A DNA stretch of 63,295 nt, the filler included, from Actinomycetota bacterium (GTDB lineage: Bacteria; Actinomycetota; CADDZG01; JAHWKV01; JAOPZY01), in assembly GCA_025963875.1 (NCBI GenBank). It is 6 parts of 6 records of this genome, joined end to end, with 100 filler letters (N's around TTAATTAATTAA, not from the genome) between each part and the next. Parts side by side here need not be neighbours in the genome. Positions count along the whole stretch, not along the records: positions 29,610 to 39,687 come from JAOPZY010000196.1; 5 more parts are not named here. One strand, written 5' to 3'. This document shows, one piece after another, positions 29,740 through 39,161 of this stretch. The translations under genes were made by a program, and so were the position numbers. Positions within the stretch are counted from its first letter, which is position 1, and each line of letters opens with the position of its first letter. The notes beneath the pieces were generated by a model. The model ran no database searches. It was not told where the DNA came from and saw only the letters and a program-made list of their open reading frames with translations.

Positions 29740-31452
29740 GTGCCTGATCGCAGCGCGTTGTGGATCCGACGCCCTCTGCTCCTCGCCGTCGCCATGGGAG
29801 TCGCCGCCGCCTCACTGCCGTTGCTCGCGGCAGCCGGCCCGGCTGCAGGATCCGTCCCGACGTTCGACCACATCTTCACCATCGTCATGGAGAACCACAA
29901 CTACGACGAGGTCATCGGGAACACATCCCAGGCGCCGTACATCAACGGGCTCGCCTCCCAGTACGGGCTTGCCACCAACTACTCCGCGGTCTCGCACCCG
30001 AGCCTCCCCAACTACCTGGCCCTGGCCGGTGGCTCGACTTTCGGCATCAGCAGCGACTGCACGGGGTGCTTCCAATCCAAGCCGAACATCGCTGTCGACC
30101 GCGTCGAGGCGTCGGGGCGGACCTGGAAGAGCTACCAGGAGTCCATCCCGAGCTCCGGGTTCGTCGGTGACGCCTACCCCTACATGCAGAAGCACGATCC
30201 CTTCATCTACTTCGACGACATCCGCAACAACCCCGCCGAGGCGGCCAAGGTCGTGCCCTACGCGAACCTGAGCTCCGACCTCGCCTCCGCAGCGACCACG
30301 CCGAACTACGTGTGGATCACGCCGGACATGTGCCACGACACCCACGACTGTTCGGTCGCCACCGGCGACCAGTGGCTGTCGCAGAACCTGCCGGCGATCC
30401 TGAACTCGCCCGCCTACCAGAACCAGAACTCCCTGGTGCTCATCACCTGGGACGAGGACGACAACGGCGGCAACCAGGTGGCGGCCCTCGTCATCGGCAA
30501 GGGCGTCCAGCCGGGCTTCCGGTCCAGCGTCTCCTACGACCACTACTCGCTGCTCAAGACCGTCGAGGCCTCGTGGGGGCTGGCTCCGCTGACGAGCAAC
30601 GACTCGAGCGCCAGCCCGATGAGCGACTTCTTCGGATCGACGCCGTCCCCGAGCCCTTCCCCGACTCCCTCTCCATCTCCCACCCCTTCTCCTTCTCCGA
30701 CGCCGTCCCCGAGCCCCACCCCTTCTCCATCCCCGACCCCCAACCCATCCCCGACCCCCTCTCCGTCGCCGACGCCTTCGCCCTCTCCCACCCCGAGCCC
30801 CACGCCTCCACCGCCCCCGCCGGGCGGCGGGACCCCCACGGCGGACGGCACGGTCCTCGCCCAGGACACCTTCGCCGCCCGCTCGATCTCCAATGGATGG
30901 GGCACGGCGTCCGACGGCCAGGCCTGGTCGGTGCAGTCGGGCAGCAGCGACCTGCTCTCGGTGTCCGGCAACACGGCTGGCAGGGGTCTGGTCAACGGCA
31001 GCAACTCGATGGACCTCCTCCGGGCGACGCTCGGGTCGGCGTCGGCCGGCGGCACCGAGGTCGTCGCCCGCTACACCTCCCACGACTACGCCAACGACTG
31101 CGGTCACCTGCTGGCCGGCTTCATCGATGCCGGCAACTACTACGTCGGCGGATTGGACTCGCCGGACGGCAAGCCCGAGCTCAACGTGATGAAGGTGGTC
31201 GGCGGCACCCAGACCAGGGTCGCCAATGTGGCCTTCCCCGCCAGGAACGGGACCGCCTACTGGGAGCGCATGAGGATCCAGGGCGGGGTGGTCTCCGTCA
31301 AGGCGTGGAAGGCCGGGACCGCCGAGCCCACAGACTGGAACCTCACCTGGACCGACGCCTCGCCGCTGTCCAGGGGCCGTGCCGGGATCGAGTCCTGGGA
31401 CGACGGCCGGGGTTGGGCCATCGACCACTTCTCGGCCGGGAGCCTGCCCTAG
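29740..31452 (+). CDS. Secreted phosphoesterase (acid phosphatase family) with Pro/Ser/Thr linker and C-terminal beta domain
   Basis: Signal peptide; IVMENH, HPSLPNYLAL, KHDPF, HDTHD, ITWDE, DHYS. Confidence 0.88.
   Translation: MPDRSALWIRRPLLLAVAMGVAAASLPLLAAAGPAAGSVPTFDHIFTIVMENHNYDEVIGNTSQAPYINGLASQYGLATNYSAVSHPSLPNYLALAGGSTFGISSDCTGCFQSKPNIAVDRVEASGRTWKSYQESIPSSGFVGDAYPYMQKHDPFIYFDDIRNNPAEAAKVVPYANLSSDLASAATTPNYVWITPDMCHDTHDCSVATGDQWLSQNLPAILNSPAYQNQNSLVLITWDEDDNGGNQVAALVIGKGVQPGFRSSVSYDHYSLLKTVEASWGLAPLTSNDSSASPMSDFFGSTPSPSPSPTPSPSPTPSPSPTPSPSPTPSPSPTPNPSPTPSPSPTPSPSPTPSPTPPPPPPGGGTPTADGTVLAQDTFAARSISNGWGTASDGQAWSVQSGSSDLLSVSGNTAGRGLVNGSNSMDLLRATLGSASAGGTEVVARYTSHDYANDCGHLLAGFIDAGNYYVGGLDSPDGKPELNVMKVVGGTQTRVANVAFPARNGTAYWERMRIQGGVVSVKAWKAGTAEPTDWNLTWTDASPLSRGRAGIESWDDGRGWAIDHFSAGSLP
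30637..30822 (+). repeat. Tandem coding repeat, (PSPSPT)n linker
   Basis: Hexapeptide units with synonymous variation, ending in poly-Pro. Confidence 0.9.
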
Positions 31453-31461
31453 TCACGAGGT

Positions 31462-31507
31462 AGGTGCGGAACTTTTCCCGCGTAGACGCGGGATTTCTTC
31501 CGCACCT
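31462..31507. repeat. 46-bp two-part palindrome between convergent genes
   Basis: AGGTGCGGAA/TTCCGCACCT outer arms; inner TCCCGCGT-AG-ACGCGGGA. Confidence 0.8.
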
Positions 31508-31520
31508 CGGGGGGAGGCCT

Positions 31521-32822
31521 CTAAGCCAACCCGAACCAGCCGAGCAGCGTCTGGCCGAACACCACGAGGGAGAGCGCACCCACGGCGCAGACGCAGAGGA
31601 AGGCAACGGCGCGGAACACCGGGCCGTTGGCCGCCTCGCCGAGCAGGCTGCGCCGGTTCGCCAGGGTGAGGATGAACGCCAGCACGATCGGCGTGATCAG
31701 CCCGTTGAGGACCTGCGTGCCGATCAGCAGGTTGACGAGGTTCCCGGGCTTGAGGGCGAGCAGGGCCCCCAGGGCGACCTGGCCGGTGAAGAGGCCGAGG
31801 AACAGGGGCGCCTCGGAGAACTTGCGGGATACCGACCGCTCGGCGCCGACCGCCTCGGCCAGGGCGTAGGCGGTCGACAGCGGCACGACCGCGGCCGCCA
31901 GCGCCGAGGCGCCCAGGAGGCCGATGCCGAACAGCTTTTCGGCGGCCGCCCCGGCAACGGGCTTCAGCGCCCTGGCCGCCTGCTTCGCGGAGGTGAGGGG
32001 GCCGCTGCCGCCGATAGCGGCGCCGGTGGCGACGATGATCGATGCTGCGATGACGTTGGAGAAGATGGAGCCGGCGATGGCGTCGACGCGCACGATCTTG
32101 TAGTCGTCTGACCCGGTGCCCTTATCGGCCACCGCGGCCGCCTGGTAGAGCTGCATGTACGGCGTGATCGTGGTGCCCACGAGGGCCACCGCCAGCAGCA
32201 GGAAGGCCCTCGTTGCCGTGAAGTGCGGGAGGAAGGAGTCGGAGACGACCTGATGCCAGTCGGGGTGGGCAAGCACGGCGGCGATCGGGTACGCGAAGAA
32301 CACCAGCGACAGCAGCAGGAAGACCCGCTCGGCGTAGCGGTAGGAGCCGAAGACCACCGATCCCCAGATCACCGCCGCTGCGACCGGTACCGAGAGATAC
32401 CGCCGGACGCCGAAGATCTCCAGTGCCGCCGCGATGCCGGCGAACTCGGCGACCACGAGTCCCAGGTTGGCGACGATCAGGCAGACGACGGCGAAGGTGG
32501 CCACCCGCAGCGAGAACTCCTCGCGGATCAGCGACATGAGACCCTGCCCGGTGTAGGCCCCCAGCCGGGCGGCCATCTCCTGGACGATGACGAGCGCCAC
32601 GGTGATGAGGACCATGAGGAACAGCACCCGGTAGCGGAACTGCGCTCCCGCAGAGGCGTAGGTCACGACGCCGCCGGCGTCGTTGCCGGCGTTGGCGGCG
32701 ATCAGGCCCGGTCCGAGGACCATCATGTACCGCATGAGCCGCCGGCGTCGCCGCGGCCGTGGACGCTCGCCGGTCAGCCGGTCGGCGGTACGTCCCGGCA
32801 GCGAAGGGTCGGTGGAGTCCAA
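31521..32822 (-). CDS. NRAMP-related divalent cation transporter, Mg2+-type (NRMT-like)
   Basis: TM1 NDAGG instead of DPGN; TM6 GTTITPY instead of GATIMPH. Confidence 0.88.
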   Translation of the reverse strand: MDSTDPSLPGRTADRLTGERPRPRRRRRLMRYMMVLGPGLIAANAGNDAGGVVTYASAGAQFRYRVLFLMVLITVALVIVQEMAARLGAYTGQGLMSLIREEFSLRVATFAVVCLIVANLGLVVAEFAGIAAALEIFGVRRYLSVPVAAAVIWGSVVFGSYRYAERVFLLLSLVFFAYPIAAVLAHPDWHQVVSDSFLPHFTATRAFLLLAVALVGTTITPYMQLYQAAAVADKGTGSDDYKIVRVDAIAGSIFSNVIAASIIVATGAAIGGSGPLTSAKQAARALKPVAGAAAEKLFGIGLLGASALAAAVVPLSTAYALAEAVGAERSVSRKFSEAPLFLGLFTGQVALGALLALKPGNLVNLLIGTQVLNGLITPIVLAFILTLANRRSLLGEAANGPVFRAVAFLCVCAVGALSLVVFGQTLLGWFGLA

Positions 32823-32829
32823 AAAAGGC

Positions 32830-34179
32830 TCACGCCGGAAGTTTGGGGAAGTGCCGGCGATCCTGATCGGGCATGAGGGAGTCTACGACGTCGTCCGCGA
32901 GAATGCGCCCCAGCGGACGGCCTTCGAAGTCGACGACAAGCAACGAGGAGCCGCGGTTCTCGATGAGGGCGCTCACGACCTCCTCCGACGTCGCCTCGGG
33001 GTGGATCGTCACCGGCGCCGGCGGGCGGATGAGCTCGGCCATCTTGGCGTCGGGCTCGGCGACGAACAGCTCGTAGAGGGTGACGTCATCGAGCAGGCGC
33101 CCTTGCTCGTCGACCACGATCACGGCGTCGATGTCGCTGCGGTGCTCCTGGGCGTCCCGGAGCCCCCGCCGAACCGCGGCAACCGTCTCGTCGGGGGTGA
33201 CCAGCACGAGGTTGGTCGTCATGAGGCCGCCGGCCGAGTCGTGCGGGTAGTCGAGCAGGCGCAGCAGGCGGTTGGCGGTGGCCGGCGGCATGTGCCCCAG
33301 GAGCTCGTCGCGGTCCTCCTGCTCCAGCTCCCGCAGGGCGTCGACCGCCTCGTCGGGCTCCATCCGTGCCACCAGGCCGGCGGCCTCCTCGGGAGGGGCC
33401 TCCTGGAGCAGCGCATTGAGCTCGCGCGGCTCCATCTCCTCCAGGGCGTCGGCCGCAGCCTCGGGTTCAAGGACCGACAGCAGCTCCCGGCGGGCGCTCC
33501 GGCCGAGGTCCTCGAGGAGGTCGGCCACCTCACCGGGGCGGAGGCGGCGCAGCCCGTGGTGGGGGGTGCGGAGCTTGACGTCGCCGTTGGGGCCGGTCGG
33601 CGTGCCGAACGGCTGGATGGCCGCCCAGTCGATCACCTTGTCGGGCGTCGGCCGGGTCCGCCACCGTGCCGGCCCGAGACGGCGCAGGAGGGACTGCGCG
33701 CTGACGTCGACGCCGACGAGGCGCAGCGAGTCGTAGACGGGCGCAAGGTAGAGGTCGGCCGCGCGCACCACCTTGACACCGTCAACATCGACGAGCTGGT
33801 GGTCGAGCACGTCACGGACCAGGGTCACCTCGCCCTCCCGGCGGTCGAAGTCCCGGAGGTCGAGGAGCGCGGAGTTGAGGACGATCTGGTCGGAGTCGAG
33901 CTTGTCCACCTGGTCGAAGGGCACGTAGGCATCCCGCCGCCCGACCCGGACGACGAGTCCGGTCACGGGAGGATAGTCGTCCGAGCCGCCCCACTTCGCC
34001 ACCACGTCGGTGACGTCGCCGATCTCCGCCCCCTTCTGGTTGCGCACCGGTCGGCCGACGAGCCCGGCCACGGACACCAGGGACTCACGGATGGCCTTCA
34101 GCGTCGTGAGACGCTGACTGCGACCCTCGCGGTAGTGCTGGAGAACCCGGCGCCCCGGAAGGGGCGGAATACGGGACAT
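32830..34179 (-). CDS. PRC-barrel + MgtE N-terminal + CBS-pair protein (no pore domain)
   Basis: DVLDHQLVDVDG.KVVRAAD, ADLLEDL, MEPDEAVDAL, SAGGLMT; no TM segments. Confidence 0.88.
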   Translation of the reverse strand: MSRIPPLPGRRVLQHYREGRSQRLTTLKAIRESLVSVAGLVGRPVRNQKGAEIGDVTDVVAKWGGSDDYPPVTGLVVRVGRRDAYVPFDQVDKLDSDQIVLNSALLDLRDFDRREGEVTLVRDVLDHQLVDVDGVKVVRAADLYLAPVYDSLRLVGVDVSAQSLLRRLGPARWRTRPTPDKVIDWAAIQPFGTPTGPNGDVKLRTPHHGLRRLRPGEVADLLEDLGRSARRELLSVLEPEAAADALEEMEPRELNALLQEAPPEEAAGLVARMEPDEAVDALRELEQEDRDELLGHMPPATANRLLRLLDYPHDSAGGLMTTNLVLVTPDETVAAVRRGLRDAQEHRSDIDAVIVVDEQGRLLDDVTLYELFVAEPDAKMAELIRPPAPVTIHPEATSEEVVSALIENRGSSLLVVDFEGRPLGRILADDVVDSLMPDQDRRHFPKLPA

Positions 34180-34278
34180 CGCTCACCTCCAGAGTGGGCC
34201 GGCCGCAGAGAGAAGCGGTGAAAGGCCGGCGATGGACGGGGGGAGGGCGGCCCCGTCACCCGGAGGGAGAGAGGGCCT

Positions 34279-34347
34279 TTAGGAAGCGGGCCGCAGCGAC
34301 GTACCGAAGCGGCGCGCGGGACTATGGGGTATATCGCCTGCGGGCAT
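34279..34347 (-). promoter_or_regulatory. Putative 22-aa leader peptide MPAGDIPHSPARRFGTSLRPAS
   Basis: GGAGGTGA RBS, ATG, four Pro codons all CCC, TAA; 99 nt upstream of the Mg operon start. Confidence 0.55.
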
Positions 34348-34482
34348 CCGCCTCACCTCCCCCGGTAGTCGCAATAGTGGCGAGTTTCCAACCAAAATGA
34401 TCGGAAGCCCGTGCCTCAACCTTAACATTTTCTTCATGCCGTTCCGGGGCCGATGGGTGCCTGGAGGCGCCCCACCGACGGC

Positions 34483-35835
34483 TCACGCGGCGCCCTGCTC
34501 GGCCTCGCCCGCTTCCCGCGCGATGCAGAACTGCCGCGCTATTGCGTCGTATTCGAACAGCTCCGCGTAGCGTCCCCACTGGGCGGCGATCTCAAGTTGC
34601 TCGGTGGCTTCTTCCTCGCCGAAGCTACGGCGCACGATGTCCCGGAAGAACCCGGCCTGCAGGCACCCGTCGGCGGCGCGTTCCAGGCCGGCCCGGATCA
34701 CCCGGATCAGCGGGACCCGGTCGATGGCGGCCCGGGCGAAGATCTGCTTCGACTCCTGGATGTCCGCCCCCCCGAACCCGATGCCTTCGACCGTGAGCCG
34801 CACACGAGGACCTTCCACCTCCGCGAACCCGAGGAGCACCAGCGCGTCGACGAGGGGGAGTAGGTCGTCGACCTCGAGCCGCAGTTCGTCGGCGAGGTCG
34901 GCGAGGTCGAGCTCGTCGCCCAGCTGGTGCAGGATCTCGACGAGCCCCGACAGGCCGTCGATGGAGGCGTGCGGGATCGGCACCTGGGCCGGCGTGAGCT
35001 TGCGGGCATGGATGGCCTGCTCCTCCTCGACGGGGGCGGCGCCCGGGTGCTGCTCCTCCCGGCCGATCATGATCCCGTAGATCTCGTCCACAAGAGCCTC
35101 GAAGTCGGGTGCCCGCCGGTCCCTCGGGCGCGGCATCCCGACGCCGAGCGTCTTGCGGATGCGCCCCGGGTTCGACCCGAGGATGACAACCCGGTCCGCA
35201 AGCAGCACCGCCTCCTCGATGTTGTGCGTGACGATCAGGATCGACTTGATGGGGAAGTCGTGGGTCTGCCACAACTCGAGGAGCTCGCCGCGGAGGTTCT
35301 CGGCGGTGAGCACGTCGAGCGCGCTGAACGGCTCGTCCATCAGCAGCACGTCGGGCTCCACCACGAGCGCCCGGGCGAAGCCCACCCGCTGGCGCATCCC
35401 GCCGGAGAGCTCCTTGGGGAACGCCGACTCGAAGCCGTCGAGCCCGATGCGGTCGATGGCCCGGCGCGCTTTGGTGGCCCGCTCGGCCTCCGGCACGCCC
35501 CTCGCCTCCAGGCCGATCTCGACGTTGGCCTGGACGGTGAGCCACGGCAGGAGAGCGAAGCTCTGGAAGACCATCGCGGTGCCGGGGTTGGGGCCCGTCA
35601 CCGGCTTGCCGCGGAACGTCACCGTCCCGCTCGACGGGGCGATGAGGCCCGCGATGCAGCGCAGCAGGGTGGACTTGCCACTGCCGCTCTTGCCGAGCAG
35701 CGCAAGGATCTCGCCGTCGAGGACCTCGAGGTCGATGTTGTCGAGGACGGGTAGCTCGCTGTCGGGGGTCTTGAAGGTCTTGGTGAGGCCGCGGCACACG
35801 ATCAGCGGCACTGGCTCCTCTATCGTCGTTGCCAC
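34483..35835 (-). CDS. ABC ATPase, NitT/TauT type with C-terminal extension
   Basis: GKSGSGKST, LSGGMRQR, LLMDEPF; C-terminal WGRYAELFEYD domain; AAGGAGG RBS. Confidence 0.93.
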   Translation of the reverse strand: MATTIEEPVPLIVCRGLTKTFKTPDSELPVLDNIDLEVLDGEILALLGKSGSGKSTLLRCIAGLIAPSSGTVTFRGKPVTGPNPGTAMVFQSFALLPWLTVQANVEIGLEARGVPEAERATKARRAIDRIGLDGFESAFPKELSGGMRQRVGFARALVVEPDVLLMDEPFSALDVLTAENLRGELLELWQTHDFPIKSILIVTHNIEEAVLLADRVVILGSNPGRIRKTLGVGMPRPRDRRAPDFEALVDEIYGIMIGREEQHPGAAPVEEEQAIHARKLTPAQVPIPHASIDGLSGLVEILHQLGDELDLADLADELRLEVDDLLPLVDALVLLGFAEVEGPRVRLTVEGIGFGGADIQESKQIFARAAIDRVPLIRVIRAGLERAADGCLQAGFFRDIVRRSFGEEEATEQLEIAAQWGRYAELFEYDAIARQFCIAREAGEAEQGAA

Positions 35836-35848
35836 TGACAGCACCTCC

Positions 35849-37585
35849 TTAGTCAAGTTTGTACCGGCGCTCGGCAAGTCCGTACAGGGGCCGCCAGACG
35901 AGCCGGTTGACCCCCACGACGTAGAGGCTCATCACCGCGACCCCGGCAAGGACCCGGGCGACGTGTCCCGGGTCGGTGGCCGAGAAGGCCTGCGCGATGT
36001 AGGCCCCCAGCCCCTTCGCGGTCAGGGTCCTGTCCCGGAAAGTCACGATCTCCGCCACGATCGATGCGTTCCACGCCCCGCCCGACGCGGTGATCGCTCC
36101 CGTCACGTAGAAGGGGAAGATCCCCGGGATGATGAGCCGCCTCCAGCGCTGCCACCCGGTGACGCGCAGGTTGTCCATCGCCTCCCGCAGGTCGGTGGGG
36201 ATGGCCATGGCGCCGGCGATGGTGTTGAACAGGATGTACCACTGCGAGCCAAGGGCCATGAGCAGCACCGCCCCGAAGTTCAGGCTGATGCCGGTATGGA
36301 TGAACAGCAGCGTTGCGAAGGGGAAGAGGAAGTTGGCGGGGAAGCTCGCCAGGACCTGCACGACCGGCTGGGCGGTGCGCGCCAGGCGGGGGGACTCGCC
36401 GATCCTGACCCCGACGGGGACCCAGATCAGGGTGGAGACCGCCACGAGGAACGCCACGCGCAGGAAGGTCAGGAACCCCAGCCCCAGGGCGGTCGCGTAG
36501 ACGCCGAGCCCCGAGTGCGACACCGTGTAGGAGACCAGCCTCCAGAGCCCGAACGCAGTGACGGCGCCGACGAGGACGACGAAGGCCACGTCGGCGGCTC
36601 GGCCGCCGGGCGCCGCGGCGGCCAGGGGCTCGTCGTCCCGCCCGAGCACCGCCATCGCCCGCCCGAGGGAGCCGGCCACCTTGCGGCGGGCCCGGCCGGC
36701 GAGCTGCGGCCAGCGCGACTGCTGCAGCATCTCGAGGAGTACGGACCGCTGCCGGTCCGCCGACTCGGACTGCTCCATCTTGAAACGCTCGGCCCACGCG
36801 GTCAGAGGGCGCCAGAAGAAGAAGTTCACCCCGACCACCAGGACGCCCATGGTGGCGATGGCGAGGCCGACGCCCCGGAGGTCACCCCTGGCGATGGCCG
36901 CTGCGGCGTAGGACCCCACACCGGGGAGCGGGTAGCTGTGGCCGTTGCTGGAGATGGCCTCGGAGGCGGACAGGAAGAACCATGCCCCCGCCATGCTCAT
37001 CATCCCGTTCCACACCAACCCGATGGCCCCGGCGGGGACCTCGATCTTCCAGAACCGCATCCAGCGCGTGAGCCGCAGGCTGCGGGAGAGTTCGTCGAAC
37101 TCGTGGGGCAGCGTGATGAGCGAGTGGTAGAAGCTGAAGGTCATGTTCCAGGCCTGCGCGGTGAAGATGGCGAAGATCGAGGCCAGCTCGACGCCGACGT
37201 AGGAGTTGGGGAACAGCGACAGGAAGAATGACACGATCACCACGAGGAATCCCAGCACCGGCACCGACTGGAGGATGTCGAGGAGCGGGAGCAGCACCTT
37301 CTCCAGGCGGCGGCTCCGGGCAGCCGCGTAGCCGTAGCCGAGCGAGAACGCCGTGGAGGCGGCGAGGGCGATGAACATCCGCAGGAGGCTGCGCGCCGCG
37401 TAGTACGGGAGGTCGATGGCCCGGGTCGAGATCTGGGTCGACCCGGGCACGATCGTCAGTGTGGCGCCGCGGCCCACCCGGATGAGCGAATACAGCGCAA
37501 CGATGACCGCGGCGCCGATGAGCACGTCGAGCGCCGACTGCTTTGGCCGCCCGAGGGTGACACGTTGAGGGAACGTCCGGGGCAT
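35849..37585 (-). CDS. ABC permease, duplicated NitT/TauT type
   Basis: DILQSVPVLGF, QAWNMTFSFY, QWYILFN; two permease halves. Confidence 0.92.
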   Translation of the reverse strand: MPRTFPQRVTLGRPKQSALDVLIGAAVIVALYSLIRVGRGATLTIVPGSTQISTRAIDLPYYAARSLLRMFIALAASTAFSLGYGYAAARSRRLEKVLLPLLDILQSVPVLGFLVVIVSFFLSLFPNSYVGVELASIFAIFTAQAWNMTFSFYHSLITLPHEFDELSRSLRLTRWMRFWKIEVPAGAIGLVWNGMMSMAGAWFFLSASEAISSNGHSYPLPGVGSYAAAAIARGDLRGVGLAIATMGVLVVGVNFFFWRPLTAWAERFKMEQSESADRQRSVLLEMLQQSRWPQLAGRARRKVAGSLGRAMAVLGRDDEPLAAAAPGGRAADVAFVVLVGAVTAFGLWRLVSYTVSHSGLGVYATALGLGFLTFLRVAFLVAVSTLIWVPVGVRIGESPRLARTAQPVVQVLASFPANFLFPFATLLFIHTGISLNFGAVLLMALGSQWYILFNTIAGAMAIPTDLREAMDNLRVTGWQRWRRLIIPGIFPFYVTGAITASGGAWNASIVAEIVTFRDRTLTAKGLGAYIAQAFSATDPGHVARVLAGVAVMSLYVVGVNRLVWRPLYGLAERRYKLD

Positions 37586-37727
37586 CGCCACGGGAGCACT
37601 CCTGGATCGTGAGGGCATTCCCGGGAAGCTGAGGCTACGGAGCCGAGCGGATGCGGGAGGCCCGGTGCGCATGACCGGAAATCACAAGAGGAGGATACCG
37701 GCGGCCCCGGGTCCGGGCAGGCGCCTT

Positions 37728-38246
37728 TTACGGATTTCTTACGCTGGAGTGCTGAATGCCTTCGCTCTGGGCACGCAGGCGGGCGTCCTCGATCGCGGCC
37801 CGGGCCTCCTCTGCGCCGCTCCAGCCACGGGTCGAGGTCCGCTTGTCTGGCTCGAGGTCCTTGTAGATGGTGAAGAAGTGCTCGATCTCCTTGCGCTGCT
37901 CGGGTTCGAGGTCCTCGATGGAGGACATGCGCCCAAAGACGGGGTCGCCCATGGGGACCGTGAGGACCTTGGCGTCCGGCCCCTTCTCGTCCTCCATCCA
38001 GAAGATGCCGATCGGCCGGACGCGGATGTGACATCCGGGGAACGTCGGGTCCGACACCAGGACGAGGGCATCCAGGGGGTCGCCGTCCTCGGCAAGGGTT
38101 TCGGGAAAGAAGCCGTAGTCCGTCGGGTATCGGGTGGCGGTGAAGAGGCGGCGGTCGAGGAAGATAGCGCCGGACTCGTGGTCGTACTCGTACTTGTTCC
38201 GGCTGCCACCGGGTATCTCGACGACGACCACATAGCTGTCAGGCAT
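37728..38246 (-). CDS. ppa: Inorganic pyrophosphatase, family I
   Basis: EIP.GSRNKYEYD, YP.DYGF, DGDPLD, FFTIYKDLE. Confidence 0.96.
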   Translation of the reverse strand: MPDSYVVVVEIPGGSRNKYEYDHESGAIFLDRRLFTATRYPTDYGFFPETLAEDGDPLDALVLVSDPTFPGCHIRVRPIGIFWMEDEKGPDAKVLTVPMGDPVFGRMSSIEDLEPEQRKEIEHFFTIYKDLEPDKRTSTRGWSGAEEARAAIEDARLRAQSEGIQHSSVRNP

Positions 38247-38327
38247 TTGGCCCAACCTTACTCGTGCGGCGGGGCTGGTGGATAATCCCGGAGGCTATCG
38301 CTCAACGGATGGGAAAGGGGACGCACC

Positions 38328-38825
38328 ATGGTGGACCAGGCGGCGGCACGGGAGATCTTCGAGCATGAGCTGGCGGCCCTGACCGATGCGGAGGAGAAGA
38401 CCGCCGAGGTCCTCGGCAAGATCGTGCCCCAGGTCCATTCCCTGAAGCTCCAGCAGCTGCTCGCCAACTACCAGCAGGTCTCGGCCGGCCAGGTGAAGCG
38501 GCTGGCGGACATCTTCAAGCTGCTGAAGGTGACGCCCCAGAAGGCCCGAAGCGCTGGGATGGACGGCCTGATCGCCGAGTTCACCGACTTCGTCGAGGCC
38601 GAGACGCCATCGGACATCGGCTACGACGTCTGCGCCGCCGGCTTTGCCTCCAAGACCTCGGCGTACCAGTCCGCCTGCTACAAGTACCTCAACGGTCTTG
38701 CCAACGCCTCGAACAACAACAACTGCGCCATCCTCGTGTACGACAGCCAGACCGAGGAGCGGGACATGATCCAGAACATCGACCGCCTCGTCGTCGACCT
38801 GTACCACGACCTGGCCTCGGGGTAG
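38328..38825 (+). CDS. DUF892/YciF-like ferritin-fold protein
   Basis: EL..LTDAE, QVKRL..IF, GMDGLIAE, EE spacing. Confidence 0.7.
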   Translation: MVDQAAAREIFEHELAALTDAEEKTAEVLGKIVPQVHSLKLQQLLANYQQVSAGQVKRLADIFKLLKVTPQKARSAGMDGLIAEFTDFVEAETPSDIGYDVCAAGFASKTSAYQSACYKYLNGLANASNNNNCAILVYDSQTEERDMIQNIDRLVVDLYHDLASG

Positions 38826-38835
38826 GAGGATCCAG

Positions 38836-38884
38836 GAACTGAGGAGTTTTTTACGCGGATAACGCCACTTTTTCTCCTCAGTTC
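38836..38884. repeat. 49-bp palindromic element (11-bp arms, 27-nt core)
   Basis: GAACTGAGGAG and CTCCTCAGTTC arms. Confidence 0.85.
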
Positions 38885-39133
38885 GGCTTGGCCCTTGCCT
38901 TGCCCTCCGGGGCGGCGAGCAGCGGCACCCTCCATCGCCAGCAGCTCGGCCCTCGGGCCGTCGGGCAAGCGCAGCACCATGTTGTGCTGGTGCAGGCCCA
39001 TGAACATGTTGCCGTTCACGAACCCCGCCGGGTAGCCGAACATCTGCCGGGCGACGGCGGGTGGCCCGGGGAACACGGCCTCGAAGACCTCGACCAACTC
39101 TGGCGGCGACTTCGTCCAGTCGGCCTTCTCCAC
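38878..39133 (-). pseudogene. TfoX/Sxy N-terminal domain gene, apparently lacking its C-terminal half
   Basis: AAAGGAGG RBS, GTG; RQMFGYPAGFVNGNMFMGL..MVLRL; resemblance stops after LLAMEGA and the frame runs antisense into the next gene. Confidence 0.6.
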
Positions 39134-39161
39134 CGCCGGCCTCCTTTCCCAGGCGTCGAGC

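Noticed and set aside
32830..34179. Complete MgtE channel
   Set aside because: No transmembrane domain
34200..34400. M-box (ykoK) riboswitch, suggested by AGGTGAGGC
   Set aside because: I could not find the rest of the conserved core; the motif is explained as the leader RBS. An Rfam scan would settle it
38852..38879. Chromosomal dif site (TACGCGGATAA-N6)
   Set aside because: The left arm resembles XerC sites but the XerD arm lacks TTATGT; better explained by the palindrome family
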